NCBI GenBank assembly: GCA_025359685.1
Contig: JANYEY010000092.1
Coordinates: forward strand, 99-64,098
DNA length: 64,000 nucleotides
Direction: 5' to 3'
DNA from: Sphingomonadaceae bacterium
Lineage (GTDB): Bacteria > Pseudomonadota > Alphaproteobacteria > Sphingomonadales > Sphingomonadaceae
The notes under the pieces were generated by a model. That model made no database searches, had not been told where the DNA came from, and worked only from the letters and a program-made list of their open reading frames with translations. The position numbers and the translations under genes were made by a program. Position 1 is the stretch's first letter. Each line of letters opens with the position of its first letter. Of the stretch, positions 9,406 through 18,426 are shown piece by piece.

Positions 9406-10124
9406 TCGGCGTTGCGGTAGTAATAGAGCGGCCAGAGCAACAGCTGGCTGACGCTGCGCGGTTGCACCTCAAGCCCGGTAGGGGGAAAGCCATCGGGCCG
9501 GTGATAGCTGCCTGAGATGACGTCCCAGATCGGAAACAGTGCGGCAAAGTTGCTGTTGAAATGGGCGGGTTGGCTGGAATGATGACGACGATGGTAAGCT
9601 GGACTGTTGATCAGCCATGACCAGCGGCCAAGATCGATCTTGAGCCGCGAATGGGTGATGAAGTTCCACAGGCTGAGCGTCGCATAGACCGCGATCGCGG
9701 CCGGGGTCGGCGTGATGATCATCGCCGCAACCGACCAGACTGTGATCGTCTTGAACAGGGGTTCGGCCCAGAAATGCCGTGACGTCGTCAACGCGGACAT
9801 CTCCGGATCGGAATGATGCAGCGAATGCATCGCCCACAGCAATGGGATTTTGTGCTGCATCCGGTGGAACATGTATTCGGCCAGATCGTACACCAGAATG
9901 AACAGTACCACCGCCAGCCAGCCGGGAAGTTGAGCCACGTCGAGCAACGACGCGCCCTGCCAGCCTCTGACCAACTGAACGACAGTAATGCCGGCGAGGA
10001 GGTAGATTGCCCAGGCCGCCAGGTTGATCAGCCAGTCGGTGCGCGGCGCGCGGGCGAGCCGCTCCACCACAACCACAGCAAGTGCGGCTCCAAAAACGGG
10101 GATCTGATGTGTCAGCCAATCCAT
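9402..10124 (-). CDS. Sterol desaturase / fatty acid hydroxylase family protein
   Basis: His boxes HRMQH, HSLHH, HS, HRRHH; NFAxxFPIWD; TM segments. Confidence 0.9.
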   Translation of the reverse strand: MDWLTHQIPVFGAALAVVVVERLARAPRTDWLINLAAWAIYLLAGITVVQLVRGWQGASLLDVAQLPGWLAVVLFILVYDLAEYMFHRMQHKIPLLWAMHSLHHSDPEMSALTTSRHFWAEPLFKTITVWSVAAMIITPTPAAIAVYATLSLWNFITHSRLKIDLGRWSWLINSPAYHRRHHSSQPAHFNSNFAALFPIWDVISGSYHRPDGFPPTGLEVQPRSVSQLLLWPLYYYRNAD

Positions 10125-10145
10125 ATCGCCTGAACTAGTCCGCGC

Positions 10146-10153
10146 ATGGTTAA
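10146..10153 (-). promoter_or_regulatory. CtrA-type extended half site TTAACCAT
   Basis: Exact TTAACCAT on the minus strand about 21 nt upstream of the desaturase ATG. Confidence 0.4.
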
Positions 10154-10280
10154 CATCGTGCAAACTCCCGTTCAGAAAAGCAGCCCATTTTATGAACAGT
10201 TCCTGTCACGACAGTTCAGGCTCGTGCCAGCGCCGAATCGGTAGAACGTCCTCAACAAGCCCGGGCAGAACCGCCGGGGC

Positions 10281-10946
10281 ATGCAAAGGATGAAGACCAC
10301 GAAGACAGTTTCCAAAGCCCTGCTCGGAACCATCGCGGCTGGCGCGATGGTTGCTTCTTCGGCCACTCCGGCATTTGCCGACCACCGCGACCGCGACGGC
10401 ATTTCTGCCGGTGACGTGATCGCCGGCGCGTTGATCATCGGCGGGATTGCGGCGGTTGCTTCGGCCGCGAGCAAGAACAACCGCAGCTATAACAACGACT
10501 ATGCCTATGGCCGGGCCGGTTACAACAACAGCTACGACAACGGCGGCTACAACAACAACGGTTATAACAACGGCGGCTACAACGGCAACGGTTACGATCG
10601 CTACCAGTACCGGGTGAACCCGCGCCAGGCGGTTGAGCAGTGCGTTGCTGCAGCCGAGCGTTATGCCTCGAGCCGCGGTATGCGCGCGGACGTGACCGAC
10701 ATTCGTGAGGTCAAGGACACGCGTTATGGCTTTCAGGTCAAGGGCCGCATCGCGGTTCAGGGCGGCTGGAACCGCGGCGGCAACAACCGCTACGGCGAGG
10801 GTTGGGGCGGCGACTATCGCGGCTACAACGATAACCTGCGCGGCTACAACGATAACCTGCGCGGCTACGACAGCGGTTCGTTCAAGTGCAAGTACGAACA
10901 GAATCGGAACACCGATCTCGACATCGACGGCATCCGCGGGTTCTGA
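10281..10946 (+). CDS. Exported hypothetical protein with Asn/Gly/Tyr low-complexity repeats (alternative start 10290)
   Basis: Signal peptide ending TPAFA; hydrophobic AGDVIAGALIIGGIAAVASAASK; two Cys; coding-like codon usage. Confidence 0.85.
   Translation: MQRMKTTKTVSKALLGTIAAGAMVASSATPAFADHRDRDGISAGDVIAGALIIGGIAAVASAASKNNRSYNNDYAYGRAGYNNSYDNGGYNNNGYNNGGYNGNGYDRYQYRVNPRQAVEQCVAAAERYASSRGMRADVTDIREVKDTRYGFQVKGRIAVQGGWNRGGNNRYGEGWGGDYRGYNDNLRGYNDNLRGYDSGSFKCKYEQNRNTDLDIDGIRGF
10818..10868 (+). repeat. In-frame 21-nt tandem repeat, about 2.4 copies (RGYNDNL)
   Basis: CGCGGCTACAACGATAACCTG x2 plus CGCGGCTAC. Confidence 0.95.
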
Positions 10947-11060
10947 TCCGCGCCATTGAGGTCACCGACGGGCGGTTCAGGCTTGGGAAAGTCTGGGCCG
11001 CCTAGTCGTATCGGCAAGGCGGACCGCGCGTGGCGCGCTGGTCCGCGGGAGGGCAGATCG

Positions 11061-11564
11061 ATGATTGGCAAGAAATCGCGTTTCGCGAGCGTAGTTGCAG
11101 TAGCCGCCGCCGCCTCGCTGGCGGCAACGCCTGCAGCCGCACAGGGCTGGGGTGGCGGTTGGGGCGGTCACCGCCACCATGATCACATTGACGCGGGCGA
11201 CGTAATCGCCGGCGTGCTGATCATCGGCGGAATTGCCGCAATCGCCAGCGCGGCGAGCAAGAGCAAGCGCGACAGCCGCGATGACGGCTACCGCGGCGGT
11301 TATCCGGGTCAGCGCCCGGGCAGCAATTACGGCAATGACAACGACCAGCAATGGCAGCAGAACGGCAGCGTCGACAGCGCCGTGAACCGCTGCAGCAACG
11401 AAGTGTCGCGCGGTTCGGGCCGCAAAGTCAGTGTCGAGACGATCAACCGCGATGGCGATGGTTGGCGGGTTGAAGGACGCACCGGCGAAGGCGGCAACTT
11501 CACCTGTTCGGTCGATGCCAGCGGTCAGATCCGCAACGTTCAGGTGGATGGCCGCGCTTACTAG
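11061..11564 (+). CDS. Exported hypothetical protein, paralogue of 10281..10946
   Basis: GGGAGG RBS; signal peptide; AGDVIAGVLIIGGIAAIASAASK; AVNRC...FTC. Confidence 0.85.
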   Translation: MIGKKSRFASVVAVAAAASLAATPAAAQGWGGGWGGHRHHDHIDAGDVIAGVLIIGGIAAIASAASKSKRDSRDDGYRGGYPGQRPGSNYGNDNDQQWQQNGSVDSAVNRCSNEVSRGSGRKVSVETINRDGDGWRVEGRTGEGGNFTCSVDASGQIRNVQVDGRAY

Positions 11565-11571
11565 GGGAACC

Positions 11572-12375
11572 CTAGTGCAAGCGTGACTTCGGGAACATCC
11601 AGCGCTGTGACAGGCGCGGGGCGAAGGGCTTCCATGCGCCTTCGGGCTGCTTCAACCGATCAGCGAGTGCGACCATCACGCTGGGATTTACCCCCAGCCC
11701 GACATGGCTGGCCACGACCTCAATATTCTCGGTCTGGCTGTTGTCAGCCTGCGGATGCTGCACCGAACCGCGCCAGTGGACGATCCCGTCGGTCTTGGTC
11801 AGGATCGACGTGGTTGGCACCAGCGGGGCCTTTTCGAGGCCGGTGAAATGGCCCTGCTTGACCGGTTCGGGGTCCTTGCCGTTGAAGTATTCGAACAGCC
11901 GCGAGGCGTTGGTATGGCGCCGGTCGTCATGGATCGGGCTGCCCAGCGAGATCACCTGACGGACCGCTTGCGGTTGCAGCTTGGCGAGTTCGCGCGCGAA
12001 CACTCCGCCCAGGCTCCAGCCGATGATCGAAACCTTGCGGCCGCTTTCCTGGTGGATCTTGAGCAGCAGGGCTTCCATTTCGTGGACGCGCTGCAAATCG
12101 ACGCGGACGTTGCGGCCAAGATCCCAGCCATAGCTGGCGTAACCCAGGTCATCGAGCAGGCGGCGCATCGGTTTGGTCGAGCTGTCTGAAGCCATGAAAC
12201 CGGGCAGCACTAGCACCGGGTGGCCATCGCCTTTGGGCAGCAGGCCGAGGATCGGACGGGTGGCGATGAAAGCGGCAAGTTCGAACACCGCGCGCCCTTC
12301 GGCCAGCGCCAGCAGCCGGTGGGGCGGGCGCGCTTCGATTTCAAGCGCATCGCGTGCGGCGGTGGTTGCAGTCAT
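11572..12375 (-). CDS. Alpha/beta hydrolase (lipase/esterase-like)
   Basis: LPGF oxyanion, GWSLGG nucleophile, DGIV, SHVG; 4-nt overlap with WS/DGAT. Confidence 0.9.
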   Translation of the reverse strand: MTATTAARDALEIEARPPHRLLALAEGRAVFELAAFIATRPILGLLPKGDGHPVLVLPGFMASDSSTKPMRRLLDDLGYASYGWDLGRNVRVDLQRVHEMEALLLKIHQESGRKVSIIGWSLGGVFARELAKLQPQAVRQVISLGSPIHDDRRHTNASRLFEYFNGKDPEPVKQGHFTGLEKAPLVPTTSILTKTDGIVHWRGSVQHPQADNSQTENIEVVASHVGLGVNPSVMVALADRLKQPEGAWKPFAPRLSQRWMFPKSRLH

Positions 12376-13925
12376 TTCTTCGCGGCCTTTCGAGGTTTGT
12401 CGGCTGATTTCTTTTTGCCTGCAGGCTTAGCCTTGGTTGTCGAAGTAACCGGTTGTGCCGGTTTTGGTTCCTTGACCGGCGCAGCTGCAGGCGGCGTCTC
12501 TGCCAGTGCGGCACGAGCAGCATCGCGCAGTTCGTCGAAGCTTTCCTGAATGCAGTCTGCGTAAAATTCCGGATCGGGCATCAGCTTGCGGTCGGCGGTG
12601 AAGGCGATTGTCGCCTCCTTGACGTAGCTTTGGACCACGTGGCCCAGCCCCATTCCATCAGTCAGGCAAACGAGCCCCATCATGCTTTCAAGCCGCGCCC
12701 CGGTCGAATAGATCGGTACCGGCGGGCCGGGGACGTTGGTGACCACGGTGGTAAACGGCGGACCCATCCGGTCAGCCAGCCCCAGCCGGGTATAGAGCTG
12801 CGCGCCCAGCGCCATGAACAGCGCGGGGCTGACCTTGCTCATCTCGGTCATGTTGCGGGCGCCGATCGCGTCGGTCATCGCCTTTGAATTGACCGTCTGC
12901 GAATTGACATAAGCCAGCCGTTCGAGCGGATCCGCCAGATGCGTGCCAAGCGGGGCGATCATCGCCGCGACCTGGTTGCCCATGTCGCCCTTTTCATCGC
13001 TGCCACGCACCGAGATCGGCGCCATCGCGGTCAACGTGCGGTCAGGCAGGTCGTCCTTGCTCAGCAGATACTTGCGCATCGCTCCGCCGACGATGGCGAG
13101 GAATACGTCGTTGACCTTGGCCCCGGCAACCGCTTGGCGGATCATCTTGATATCGGCGAGCGGCACGCTGCGCCCCTCAACCACCCGGTTGGGCGATAGC
13201 GAAGCGTTGAACCGCGTGCGCGGGGCGAGCATTTCGCCGTGGAGCTTGAAATCCTTGCTGATCAGACCCTTGATCGTCCGCGCCAGCCCCGGCATCGCCT
13301 TGGCCGCCACGTCGATCTGGCGCGCCGGATTGGCGAGGTTGTTCATCCAGCTCTTGGTCATGAGCTCGGCGAAATTGGGCGGATCTTCGCCTACCCAGGT
13401 ATCGGGCTCATTGGGCGGCGGGGCATGCGGATCGAGCGTGTGGAGCGCTTCCATCAGGTCGATACCAGACATCCCGTCGATTGCCGCGTGGTGGACCTTG
13501 GTGACCATCGCGAAGCTGCCCGGGGCGACACCAGGAATATTGTCGAGCCCCTCGATAACGGTGAATTCCCACGGCGGGCGGGTCAGATCGAGCGGGCGCG
13601 CGAAAATCCGTGCAGCCTGGATGCACAACTGGCGCCAATCGCCGGGCTTGGGCAGCGCGAGGTGGCGGACGTGGTATTCAAGATCGAAGTCCTTGTCCTC
13701 GATCCAGTACGGATAATCGAGGTCGAACGGCACTTTCACGAGGCGCTGGCGCATGGTCTTGGACAGCTGCATCCGGCTGGCGAAGAAGCGGAGGATATCC
13801 TTGTAGCGAACGAACCCTCCGGGGGCGGTTTCCGGATTGTAGATCAGAATCGAGCCGATGTGCATGGGGGAGTTGCGCGTTTCCAGCGCAACAAACGATG
13901 CATCCATGCCCTGGAGCTGTCTCAA
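12372..13925 (-). CDS. Wax ester synthase / diacylglycerol acyltransferase (WS/DGAT)
   Basis: HHAAIDG catalytic motif, PMHIGS, RPLDLTRPPWE, TNVPGP; probable TTG start at 13925 after GGGAGAG. Confidence 0.93.
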   Translation of the reverse strand: MRQLQGMDASFVALETRNSPMHIGSILIYNPETAPGGFVRYKDILRFFASRMQLSKTMRQRLVKVPFDLDYPYWIEDKDFDLEYHVRHLALPKPGDWRQLCIQAARIFARPLDLTRPPWEFTVIEGLDNIPGVAPGSFAMVTKVHHAAIDGMSGIDLMEALHTLDPHAPPPNEPDTWVGEDPPNFAELMTKSWMNNLANPARQIDVAAKAMPGLARTIKGLISKDFKLHGEMLAPRTRFNASLSPNRVVEGRSVPLADIKMIRQAVAGAKVNDVFLAIVGGAMRKYLLSKDDLPDRTLTAMAPISVRGSDEKGDMGNQVAAMIAPLGTHLADPLERLAYVNSQTVNSKAMTDAIGARNMTEMSKVSPALFMALGAQLYTRLGLADRMGPPFTTVVTNVPGPPVPIYSTGARLESMMGLVCLTDGMGLGHVVQSYVKEATIAFTADRKLMPDPEFYADCIQESFDELRDAARAALAETPPAAAPVKEPKPAQPVTSTTKAKPAGKKKSADKPRKAAKK

Positions 13926-13964
13926 TCCATCACTCTCCCACGCTTTGCCCGATATATTCCGGAC

Positions 13965-13976
13965 TTGTGCGGTGCA
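13965..13976 (-). promoter_or_regulatory. PhaR-type operator upstream of WS/DGAT
   Basis: TGCACCGCACAA fits the recalled rhizobial PhaR consensus TGCRNYGCASMA. Confidence 0.5.
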
Positions 13977-14047
13977 GCGTAACACAAAGCGACATGCCGT
14001 CAACAAGCGGCTTCCGTGCCCTCGCCGAGGGCTGTATCGCTGCACAT

Positions 14048-15982
14048 ATGACCAAAGCCGGCCGCCCCGATTTGCCTAACGGTTCCGACCGGTTCCATGA
14101 GGACAAGGCGACCTACACGATGAAGGGCAGCCAGCCGGACCTTGAGACCGGGATTGCCGCGATCCGCGAGGTGCAGGAAACGCTGCGGCCCAAGCCCGGG
14201 GTTTACCGCATGCTCGATGCGCGCGGCGATGTGCTTTATGTGGGCAAGGCGCGCGCGCTGAAAAACCGCGTGGCGAACTATCTTCAGGTCGAGCGGCTCC
14301 CGCTGCGGCTCAAACGCATGGTCAGCCAGACCCGGGCGATGACCATCGTCACCACCAATTCGGAAGCTGAGGCGCTGCTGCTTGAAGCGCAGCTGATCAA
14401 GCGCTTCCGCCCGCCCTACAACGTGCTGCTGCGCGATGACAAAAGCTTCCCGTTCATTCTGCTGCGCGCCGATCATGATTTCCCGCGGATCAGCAAGCAC
14501 CGCGGCGCGCGGCGGGCCAAGGGCAATTATTACGGGCCGTTTGCGAGTGCCGGATCGGTCAACACCACGATCAATGCGCTGCAGAAACTGTTCCTGCTGC
14601 GGTCTTGCACCGACAGCTTCTTCAGCCGCCGCGACCGGCCGTGCCTGCTTTACCAGATCAAGCGCTGCTCGGCCCCGTGTGTCGGGCGGATCGACGCGGC
14701 GGGCTATGCCGAGCTAGTCGGCGAGGCCAAGGACTTCCTCGGCGGCAAGAGCAGCGCAGTGCAGGCCAAGCTGGGCGGGCAAATGGAAGAGGCCGCGACT
14801 GCGCTCGATTTTGAACGCGCCGCGATGCTGCGCGACCGGCTGCGCGCGGCGACCTTTATCCAGGGCAGCCAGGCGATCAACGCCGAAGGGCTGGGCAGCG
14901 CCGACATCTTCGCGGTCGCCTGCCGCAACGGCCAGTTCGGGGTGCAGGCGTTCTTCATCCGCGGCGGTCAGAACTGGGGCCACCGCGCATTCTTCCCGAG
15001 CCACACCGACGGGCTGACTGAGGAGGAGGTGATGACCAGCTTCCTCGCCCAGTTCTACGAGGAAGTGCCGCCGCCGCGCACGATCCTGCTCGACCGCAAG
15101 CTGCCCGAGGCCGAGCTGCTGGCGGAGGCGCTGGCGGTAGCGGCGGGCGCCAAAGTCGAGATCCTGGTCCCCCAGCGCGGTGACCGCTTGCAACTGGTCC
15201 GGCAGGCCACTCGCAATGCCGAAGAGGCGCTGGAACGCCGCCAGGCCGAGAGCGGGGCGAAGAGCAAGCTCAACCGCGAACTGGCCGAATTCCTCGAACT
15301 GGCCGAACCGCCGAGCCGCATCGAGGTTTACGATAACAGCCATATCCAGGGCACTGCGGCGCTCGGCGCGATGATCGTCGCCGGGCCCGACGGGTTCATC
15401 AAGGGCCAGTACCGCAAGTGGAACATCAAAACCGCGCAGACCAACGATGATTTCGGGATGATGCGCGAGGTGTTCGGGCGGCGGTTCGCGCGCGCGCAAG
15501 AGGAAGACCCGGACCGCGATAACGGCATGTGGCCCGACCTCGTCCTGATCGACGGCGGCAAGGGCCAGATGTCGGCGGTCAAGGACGCGCTTGAAGAGCT
15601 AGGGATCGAGGACGTGCCGCTGATCGCCATCGCCAAAGGCCCCGGTCACGGCAGAGAAGGCCGCGAGGTGTTCCACTTCGCCGACGGGCGCGACAAAATG
15701 CTCCCCGAAAACGCGCCTTTGCTGTTCCACCTCCAGCGCTTGCGCGATGAGGTCCACCGCTTTGCCATCGGCGCCCACCGCGACAAGCGCAGCCGCGCGA
15801 TTACGGCGTCACCCTTGGACGAGATTCCGGGCATCGGCCCGGCGCGGAAACGCGCGATGCTGCTGCACTTCGGCACCGCGAGCAAGGTCCGGGCGGCGAG
15901 TCTGGAAGACCTGCAACACGCCCCGGGCGTAAGCGCGGCGGTGGCGCAGACGGTGTATGACTTCTACCATCCGGGAGGGTAA
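14048..15982 (+). CDS. uvrC: Excinuclease ABC subunit C
   Basis: GVY...YVGKA GIY-YIG, UVR, YDNSH, DGGKGQ, RDEVHRFA, HhH motifs; start at MTKAG. Confidence 0.97.
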   Translation: MTKAGRPDLPNGSDRFHEDKATYTMKGSQPDLETGIAAIREVQETLRPKPGVYRMLDARGDVLYVGKARALKNRVANYLQVERLPLRLKRMVSQTRAMTIVTTNSEAEALLLEAQLIKRFRPPYNVLLRDDKSFPFILLRADHDFPRISKHRGARRAKGNYYGPFASAGSVNTTINALQKLFLLRSCTDSFFSRRDRPCLLYQIKRCSAPCVGRIDAAGYAELVGEAKDFLGGKSSAVQAKLGGQMEEAATALDFERAAMLRDRLRAATFIQGSQAINAEGLGSADIFAVACRNGQFGVQAFFIRGGQNWGHRAFFPSHTDGLTEEEVMTSFLAQFYEEVPPPRTILLDRKLPEAELLAEALAVAAGAKVEILVPQRGDRLQLVRQATRNAEEALERRQAESGAKSKLNRELAEFLELAEPPSRIEVYDNSHIQGTAALGAMIVAGPDGFIKGQYRKWNIKTAQTNDDFGMMREVFGRRFARAQEEDPDRDNGMWPDLVLIDGGKGQMSAVKDALEELGIEDVPLIAIAKGPGHGREGREVFHFADGRDKMLPENAPLLFHLQRLRDEVHRFAIGAHRDKRSRAITASPLDEIPGIGPARKRAMLLHFGTASKVRAASLEDLQHAPGVSAAVAQTVYDFYHPGG

Positions 15983-16076
15983 GTTCAGCGGTGTTGATTC
16001 AGGCCAGATGCCGGTCCATAGCTGGTTAGCCTATTAGCTCATTCCGCCCGTATTTTGAGAGACATATCCTCATGCC

Positions 16077-17072
16077 TTGGTTCGCGCTGTGACGGAGCAA
16101 TGGAGCGAACCGCACCTCCGACTGGCGGTGAAAGCAGCGTGCGTTGCACTGTGGTCGTGGAATGTCGATGACGATGCCTTTCACATGGATGAGCGCGGGT
16201 ATGAGCTCTGGGATGTGCCGTATGCGCAGTCAGTCCGGTTTGAAGACCTGTCGGCCAACATTCACCCCGCAGACCGCGACAGGGTCAGAGCCGCCTTTCA
16301 GGCGACGCGTTCAGCGGACGGTTCTTACGAAATCGACTTCCGCATAATTGTGCACGATGAAATTCGCTGGGTTTCGGCGCGGGGCCAAGGCGCAGATGTT
16401 GGCATCATCGATCGCACCATGTTTGGCGTGTTCCTTGACGTAACCGGCCGGAAGCAAGCCGAAGAAGGCAGCGAGTTGCTGGCCGGCGAAATGAGCCATC
16501 GGGTCAAGAACCTGCTCACGATTGCGTCAAGCTTGACCGCATACACGTCCCGCTCGGCGAAATCTGTCGAGGACATGGCGGATGAACTTATTCGCCGGTT
16601 GTCGGCCTTGGGACGCGCCCATGACATGGTCAGGCCGCTTCCCGGCACGCAGGGAACGACCGCGCTTCTGGGTGATTTGCTAAGCGTTCTGGTGTCGCCG
16701 TACGACGCCCAAGGTGCTTTCAGCGGGCGGATTCGCGTCGCGGTTCCGAGAATGGGCGTTGGCGAAAAATCCGCCACAGCACTTGCGATGATTTTTCACG
16801 AACTCGCTACGAACTCTGCCAAGCACGGCGCGCTTTCGAGCATTTCCGGTGCCCTGGATATTTCCGGGGTCAGCGATGACGATACGCTGACGATTGTCTG
16901 GGCCGAAACCGGTGGCCCCGAAGTTCCAGCAGAGCCCAAACTGAGCGGCTTTGGCAGCCGCATGGTCCAGACCAACCTTTCGCGGCCGCTCGGCGGGTCG
17001 ATCACTTACGATTGGCAACCCAGCGGACTCGTAGCGTCCCTGACAATGCAAGTTTCGGCAATGGCGCGGTAA
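16077..17072 (+). CDS. PAS + HWE-family histidine kinase (start may be GTG 16089)
   Basis: IHPADR PAS_3, EMSHRVKN H-box, HELATNSAKHGALS, WAETGGP, GFGS. Confidence 0.9.
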   Translation: MVRAVTEQWSEPHLRLAVKAACVALWSWNVDDDAFHMDERGYELWDVPYAQSVRFEDLSANIHPADRDRVRAAFQATRSADGSYEIDFRIIVHDEIRWVSARGQGADVGIIDRTMFGVFLDVTGRKQAEEGSELLAGEMSHRVKNLLTIASSLTAYTSRSAKSVEDMADELIRRLSALGRAHDMVRPLPGTQGTTALLGDLLSVLVSPYDAQGAFSGRIRVAVPRMGVGEKSATALAMIFHELATNSAKHGALSSISGALDISGVSDDDTLTIVWAETGGPEVPAEPKLSGFGSRMVQTNLSRPLGGSITYDWQPSGLVASLTMQVSAMAR

Positions 17073-17096
17073 GCTTTTGAGTCTTGCGAAGCGCGT

Positions 17097-18221
17097 TCAA
17101 AGGGATGCGTAAACCGCCCCGATCAGCGCCTTCGCCCGTGCGTCATCCCGCAAATTCGCGTCCATGCGGTTCATTGTGTAAGCGACAGTCAGGCCTTTTT
17201 CGGGGTCGGCGAAGGCGAACGAGCCGCCCCAGCCGGTGTGGCCGAAGGTCGCCTCGACCGGGCCGAACACACCGCTTGAATTACGCAGGAAACCGGCGGC
17301 CCAGTCGCATTCGATGCCGAGGACGAGGTCGACATTGCGGATCTGCTGGGCGGTCGCCAAGGCCAGCGTTCCAGGTGAGACCAGCCCGCCTTCGGGCGCG
17401 ATCAGCTTGGCGTAAATGCTCGCCAGGGCCCGAGCGGTGCCGTGGCCATTGGCTGAGGCGAGATCGGCGGCGCGCCATTCGGGGGTCATGGCGAAACCGG
17501 CGCGCAGCGGCGGATTGCCCAGTGCGGCGATCTGCGGCGGAGTGAAACTGGCGGGATCGACCGGCGAGGCCGGCGGCGGGACCAGTTCGGCGCAGCGGTG
17601 TTCCTGTCCTGCGGGCAGCCCCACGGTGAAATCGACTTCGAGCGGTCCGACGATCTCTTCAGCGACGAATTGCTTGATCGGTCGCCCTTCGATGCGGCGG
17701 AACAGTTCTGTACCGAGGATGCCGATCGACAGCGCGTGATAGCCGCTGGCGCTGCCCGGCTCCCATAACGGGGCCTGCGCCGCGAGCCGCGCTGCAGCGT
17801 CGGGTTCGAGCAGCTCGGGTTCGCTCGCCGCAGTGGTGAAGCCGCATAGCCCGGCCTGGTGCGACAGCAATTGTCCGATCGTCACCGCCGCCTTGCCGTT
17901 AGCGGTGAATTCAGGCCAGAAATCAGCCACCGGCTGGTCATAGGAAAACAGCCCGCGATCTGCCGCCATCGCAAAGCACGTCGCGTGAACGCCCTTGGTG
18001 GTCGACCAGACATTGACCACCGTATCGGCGGTCCACGGCCGGGTTCGCGCCGGATCGGCCCAGCCGCCGTGGAGATCGACTACTATTTCACCGTTCATTG
18101 TCACCGCGAACGACGCACCGATCTCGTCGTTCTGCGCGAAGTTTGCCAAGAAGGCATCGCGCACTGCAGTGAATCGGTCAGTGCAGGTGCCCGCAATGGT
18201 CAGTTCGGCGGTATCGTTCAT
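17097..18221 (-). CDS. Serine hydrolase, beta-lactamase class C / EstA family
   Basis: STTK (SxxK), LLSHQAGL, YH, FGHTGWGG. Confidence 0.92.
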   Translation of the reverse strand: MNDTAELTIAGTCTDRFTAVRDAFLANFAQNDEIGASFAVTMNGEIVVDLHGGWADPARTRPWTADTVVNVWSTTKGVHATCFAMAADRGLFSYDQPVADFWPEFTANGKAAVTIGQLLSHQAGLCGFTTAASEPELLEPDAAARLAAQAPLWEPGSASGYHALSIGILGTELFRRIEGRPIKQFVAEEIVGPLEVDFTVGLPAGQEHRCAELVPPPASPVDPASFTPPQIAALGNPPLRAGFAMTPEWRAADLASANGHGTARALASIYAKLIAPEGGLVSPGTLALATAQQIRNVDLVLGIECDWAAGFLRNSSGVFGPVEATFGHTGWGGSFAFADPEKGLTVAYTMNRMDANLRDDARAKALIGAVYASL

Positions 18222-18274
18222 CGGTGGCTCGCTCCCTATGCTTGCGGGCCTTCTGCCCGTCTGTTTTCCTACAC

Positions 18275-18302
18275 TGCGGCGGGCTGTTAGGATGCCCGCC
18301 GC
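18275..18302. terminator. GC hairpin between tesB and the serine hydrolase (possible terminator or regulatory stem)
   Basis: GCGGCGGGC-N9-GCCCGCCGC. Confidence 0.5.
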
Positions 18303-18426
18303 TCTTTCAAATCGTCGCTGTTCTCAACTGCACAAAGTGGCACGTCAGCCAGCATGGTAACAGTTCCGTTTTTTCGGCTTAGGACTGTGGTCCAAGCGGT
18401 CCAAGGCTTATGGACTGCGCCGTGGC

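Noticed and set aside
10480-10870. Short repeats as a CRISPR array
   Set aside because: In-frame coding repeats with no spacers and no cas genes
13610-14047. 146-aa N-terminal extension of uvrC in the ORF track
   Set aside because: Antisense to WS/DGAT and not protein-like; UvrC-like sequence starts at ATG 14048
14082-14096. GTTC-CGACCG-GTTC near the uvrC start as a LexA box
   Set aside because: Spacer is 6 rather than 7 nt and it lies within the coding region
18339-18356. TGGCAC as a sigma54 promoter
   Set aside because: No TTGC; the GC falls 11 rather than 10 nt after the GG
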